Assembly: GCA_013694495.1 (NCBI GenBank) | Contig: JACDCH010000056.1 | Coordinates: 1-40,699, forward strand | Length of the DNA stretch: 40,699 bases | DNA from: Acidimicrobiia bacterium | GTDB taxonomy: Bacteria > Actinomycetota > Acidimicrobiia > Acidimicrobiales > JACDCH01 | Direction: 5' to 3' | Part shown: positions 36,151-40,699 of the stretch, in pieces | Layout of the letters: each line of letters begins with the position of its first letter | Numbering within the stretch: position 1 is the stretch's first letter | Program-made: the position numbers and the translations under genes | Notes under the pieces: generated by a model | Database searches by the model: none | Told to the model about the DNA's origin: nothing | What the model saw: the letters and a program-made list of their open reading frames with translations, nothing else

Positions 36151-36190
36151 CGAGGAGAGCTGGATTTCGGAACGATGCTGATCGCCCGCG

Positions 36191-36868
36191 TCACGTCCAG
36201 GCGGACGTCGGGTCGTCGGCGTCGCCGCCGCGGTCGGCGCCGGCCCGGGCCAGGAGGTCCAGCACCTCCTCGTCGGTCGTCTGGTCGAAGCGGTCGTACC
36301 AGCGCCCGACGCCACCGAACGACAGCGGCACCTCGACGCAGACCACCTCGTCGGCCATCGAGCCGAGCCTCGCGGCGGTGTCGCCGGCGCACACTGGCAC
36401 GGCCAGTACCAGCGAGCGCGGCGAGCGGCGCCGGAGGTCGCTGAGCGCAGCCTCGGCGGTGACGCCGGTGGCCAGGCCGTCGTCGATCAGCACGACGTCC
36501 CGGCCGGCCAGCTCCGGCAGCGGGCGGTCGTCGCGGTAGCGCTGCACACGGCGGCGGACCTCGTCGCGCGCCAGCGCCACCAGGCGATCGAAGTCGGCGT
36601 CGGTCAGCCCGAGGGCGGCCACCGTGGCGCGGTCGGCGACGACGGTGCCGCCCTCACCCACCGCCCCGATCCCGAACTCGGGTTGGTCCGGGGCGCCGAC
36701 CTTGCGGGCGACGAACGCCTCGAGCGGCGCGTCGATGCGGCGGGCGACCTCGAAGCCGATGGGCACGCCACCCCGGGGCAGCGCCAGCACGATCGGCCGC
36801 TCGAAGCGGCGAGCGGCGAGCTCGTCGGCCAGCCGCCGGCCGGCCTCGGCACGATCGCGGAACGGCAT
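36191..36868 (-). CDS. Phosphoribosyltransferase-family protein (stand-alone PRTase domain)
   Basis: MPFRDRAEAGRRLADEL....RPIVLALPRGGVPIGFEVA and the PRPP loop DVVLIDDGLATGVT. Confidence 0.85.
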   Translation of the reverse strand: MPFRDRAEAGRRLADELAARRFERPIVLALPRGGVPIGFEVARRIDAPLEAFVARKVGAPDQPEFGIGAVGEGGTVVADRATVAALGLTDADFDRLVALARDEVRRRVQRYRDDRPLPELAGRDVVLIDDGLATGVTAEAALSDLRRRSPRSLVLAVPVCAGDTAARLGSMADEVVCVEVPLSFGGVGRWYDRFDQTTDEEVLDLLARAGADRGGDADDPTSAWT

Positions 36869-36947
36869 CGACCCGACTCTGTTCCCCCCGATCGCCCGGG
36901 GCAAGCGTCGCCGGTGGCCCGGCGGGGGCGCGCATAGGTTCGGCGCC

Positions 36948-38294
36948 ATGCGCTTCCCCGACGGCTTCGTGTGGGGCGCGGCGACATCGGCAGCGCAGAT
37001 CGAGGGCGGGGTCGACGTCGACGGCCGGGGGCCGTCCGTGTGGGATGCGTTCGCGGCGCGTCCCGGCGCCATCCGCGACGGCACCGACGCGATTGTGGCC
37101 GCCGACCACCGCCGCCGGTGGCGCGATGACGTCGCCGTGCTCGCCGACCTCGGGATCGCGGCGTACCGGTTCTCGGTGGCGTGGCCGCGCGTGCAGCCCA
37201 CCGGTCGTGGCGCCGCGAACGAGCCCGGCCTCGACTGGTACCGCGAGCTGGTCGATGCGCTGCTCGCGGCCGGGATCGAGCCTGTCGTCACGCTCTACCA
37301 CTGGGACCTCCCACTGGCGCTCGAGGACGCAGGGGGTTGGCCGGTGCGGGCCACCGCCGACGCCTTTGCCGACTACGCCGCCCTCGTCGGAAAGGCCCTG
37401 GGCGACCGGGTCGCTCGCTGGTGCACCGTCAACGAGCCGTGGTGCGCCTCGATGCTCGGCTACGCGGGCGGGCAGCACGCGCCCGGACGACAGGAGCCTG
37501 ATGCGTCCGTCGCCGCCGCGCATCACCTCCTGTACGGGCACGGCCTCGCGACGGAGGCGCTGCGCAGCAGCGTCGCCGTCCCGGGCCGGGAGATCGCCAT
37601 CTCGCTCAACCCGTACCCGGTCGTCGCGGCCGGGGAGCGCCCGGAGGACCTCGATGCCGCTCGGCGGGTGGACGGCTTGGCGAACCGGTGGTGGTACGAC
37701 GCGCTCCTCCGCGGCGCGTATCCCAAGGACGTGGTGGACGACCTGGCGGCGGTGACCGACCTCTCGTTCGTGCGCGACGGCGACCTCGCGGTGATCGCCG
37801 CGCCGGTCGACGCGCTCGGCCTGAACTACTACCGCCGCTACCACGTGCGCCACGCGGCCGGCGCGTCCGCGGTGGCCGAGTGGCCGGGGTCACCCGACGT
37901 CGAGCTGGTGACGCCGCCCGGCCCCACGACCGACGGTGGGTGGGCGATCGAACCGGAGGGTCTCACCGAGGCGCTGCTCCGGGTGACCCGCGAGTACGAC
38001 CCGCCGCCCCTGTACGTCCACGAGAACGGCGCCGCCTTCGACGAGCCGTTCGACGACCAAGACCGGGTCGCGTTCCTCGACGCCCACCTCCGGGCGGCGC
38101 ACGCCGCCATCGCCGCCGGGGCCGATCTGCGCGGGTACTTCGTCTGGTCGCTGCTCGACAACTTCGAATGGGCCGAGGGCTACCGCCACCGCTTCGGGAT
38201 CGTCCACGTCGACTACGACACGCAGGCCCGCACCCCCAAGGCGAGCGCCCGCTGGTACGCGTCGACGCTCGCTCACAACGCACTGAATGGTTGA
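36948..38294 (+). CDS. GH1 beta-glucosidase
   Basis: FPDGFVWGAATSAAQIEG, AYRFSVAWPRVQP, TLYHWDLP, TVNEPW (acid/base Glu), YVHENGAA (nucleophile Glu) and WSLLDNFEWAEGY. Confidence 0.95.
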   Translation: MRFPDGFVWGAATSAAQIEGGVDVDGRGPSVWDAFAARPGAIRDGTDAIVAADHRRRWRDDVAVLADLGIAAYRFSVAWPRVQPTGRGAANEPGLDWYRELVDALLAAGIEPVVTLYHWDLPLALEDAGGWPVRATADAFADYAALVGKALGDRVARWCTVNEPWCASMLGYAGGQHAPGRQEPDASVAAAHHLLYGHGLATEALRSSVAVPGREIAISLNPYPVVAAGERPEDLDAARRVDGLANRWWYDALLRGAYPKDVVDDLAAVTDLSFVRDGDLAVIAAPVDALGLNYYRRYHVRHAAGASAVAEWPGSPDVELVTPPGPTTDGGWAIEPEGLTEALLRVTREYDPPPLYVHENGAAFDEPFDDQDRVAFLDAHLRAAHAAIAAGADLRGYFVWSLLDNFEWAEGYRHRFGIVHVDYDTQARTPKASARWYASTLAHNALNG

Positions 38295-38319
38295 CGCGAC
38301 GCGCGACCTGACTTAGGTT
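38291..38319 (+). promoter_or_regulatory. Sigma-A-type promoter candidate for the LacI / ABC operon
   Basis: TTGACG (38291-38296), a 17-nt spacer, then TAGGTT (38314-38319). It lies in the 74-nt gap after the bgl stop. Confidence 0.4.
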
Positions 38320-38328
38320 TCCCGGAAG

Positions 38329-38346
38329 GGTGGAACCGCTTCCACC
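38329..38346. promoter_or_regulatory. LacI-type operator candidate
   Basis: GGTGGAA CCGC TTCCACC. The TGGAA....TTCCA core resembles LacI/CebR-type boxes. It lies between the putative -10 and the LacI start. Confidence 0.4.
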
Positions 38347-38368
38347 GAACCGAGATCCGGGGGGATTG

Positions 38369-39380
38369 ATGGTCACGATCGCCGACGTGGCCGCCACGGC
38401 CGGCGTCGGCGCCGGCACGGTGTCGCGCGTGCTCAACGATCGACCAAAGGTCAGCCCCTCGACGCGCGCCCGCGTCCTGGCTGCGATCGAGGAGCTCGAG
38501 TACCGACCGAACCCCCTCGCCCGCGGGCTCTCGCTCGGTCGGTGCCAGACCCTGGGCGTCGTCGTGCCGTTCTTCACCCACGCCTCGGCAGTCGAGCGCC
38601 TCCGTGGCATCGTGGCCGCGCTGCGTGACAGCCGCTACGACCTCGTGCTGTTCAACGTCGAGTCACCGGTCCATCGAGACGAGCACTTCGAGGCGCTCAC
38701 GCGGCGGGACCGGGCCGACGGCCTGCTCGTGCTGTCGCTGCCGCCGCCCCCCGACCACCTCGCCCGGCTGCGGGCCGCCGGCGTGCCGATCGTGCTCGTC
38801 GACGCCACTGCCCCTGGGGTTCCTTGCGTCGTCACCGACGACGTCGAGGGCGGCCGGATCGCCACCCGCCACCTCCTGTCCCTCGGTCACCGGGACATCG
38901 CGTTCATCGGCGACAGCACCGCCAACGGGTTCGGCTTCACGTCGAGCGCTCGCCGCGAGGAGGGCTACGGGCAGGTGTTGCGGGCGGCGGGCATCCGCGT
39001 CCGCCGCAGCTACGTCCGCCACGGCGCCCACGAGCGCGACGTTGCGGCCCGCCTCGCCGGTCAGCTCCTGCGCCTGCGGGTCCGGCCGACGGCCGTCTTC
39101 GCCTCGTCCGACGTGCAGGCCACCGGCGTGCTGGCCGCCGCCCGGTCCCACGGTCTCCGCGTGCCCGAGGACCTCTCGGTGGTCGGCTTCGACGACATCG
39201 AGATCTCGGCCTACGCCGGGCTCACGACCGTGCGCCAGCCGCTGTTCGACAGCGGCTACCTCGGGGCCCGCCACCTCCTCGACGCGCTCGAGGGCGGCAC
39301 CCCGATCATGGCGGCTGAGCACCACCTCCCGCTCGAGCTCGTCGTCCGCTTGACCACCACCAAACCGAGGAGCGGCGCTC

Positions 39381-39388
<8 letters not shown>
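38369..39388 (+). CDS. LacI-family transcriptional regulator
   Basis: [56 protein letters not shown], followed by a periplasmic-binding-fold body (SVVGFDDI). Confidence 0.9.
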
Positions 39389-40595
<1,207 letters not shown>

Positions 40596-40627
40596 ACCAA
40601 CGAGAGAAAGACAACAGGGGGAAACAC

Positions 40628-40699
40628 ATGCGTTCTCGACGATCGAGGCTGAAGACGACCAAGGCCCTGGCGGTTGCCGGGCTGCTCCTGCTCGCCGCC
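40628..40699 (+). CDS. Start of a secreted/lipoprotein-type protein, probably the sugar-binding component (partial at window edge)
   Basis: AGGGGGA SD plus ATG at 40628. MRSRRSRLKTTKALAVAGLLLLAA is a signal-peptide n- and h-region. Only 24 codons are visible. Confidence 0.45.
   Translation, partial: MRSRRSRLKTTKALAVAGLLLLAA

Overview
Very GC-rich segment (by eye about 70 percent; third codon positions are almost all G/C) with actinobacterial-type gene content: a mycobacterial-like Fe/Mn SodA, a SARP regulator, a CYP124/125/142-like P450, a fused double acyl-CoA dehydrogenase, an Mce3R-like double TetR and an F420/LLM oxidoreductase. I call about 35 apparently intact protein genes. I found no rRNA, tRNA, CRISPR array, transposase, integrase or phage gene. 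Left to right: the end of a CDF transporter, ATGA-coupled to an EamA transporter with a very His-rich tail; a TetR gene coupled to a PEP-utilizing-domain enzyme; USP; a sodA operon; a DUF2254 gene. Next come a divergent hemerythrin gene and a coupled pair (split-barrel protein, then split-barrel-GAF-winged-helix protein). Then SRPBCC, SARP, a Zn-dehydrogenase, a UvrA paralog, VOC and AraC. A lipid/steroid-type catabolic block follows: P450, ACAD, tandem thioesterase, two SDRs, a phosphotransferase, an acyl-CoA ligase, the double TetR and the LLM oxidoreductase. The right end holds a secreted DUF4331 operon, a phosphoribosyltransferase, and a beta-glucosidase/LacI/ABC sugar locus. Three things stand out. 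(1) An uncharacterised three-gene envelope operon whose DUF4331 protein carries an internal triple SLH-like insertion (31579-35823). (2) A hemerythrin plus split-barrel plus split-barrel-GAF-wHTH module that looks like an undescribed one-component sensor (6894-9559). (3) A very high density of gene wreckage: roughly 15-17 loci that are orphan N- or C-terminal fragments, internally deleted genes, fragment fusions or frameshifted genes, interleaved with intact genes and with no mobile element to explain them. All family assignments come from reading motifs by eye. No database search was run.
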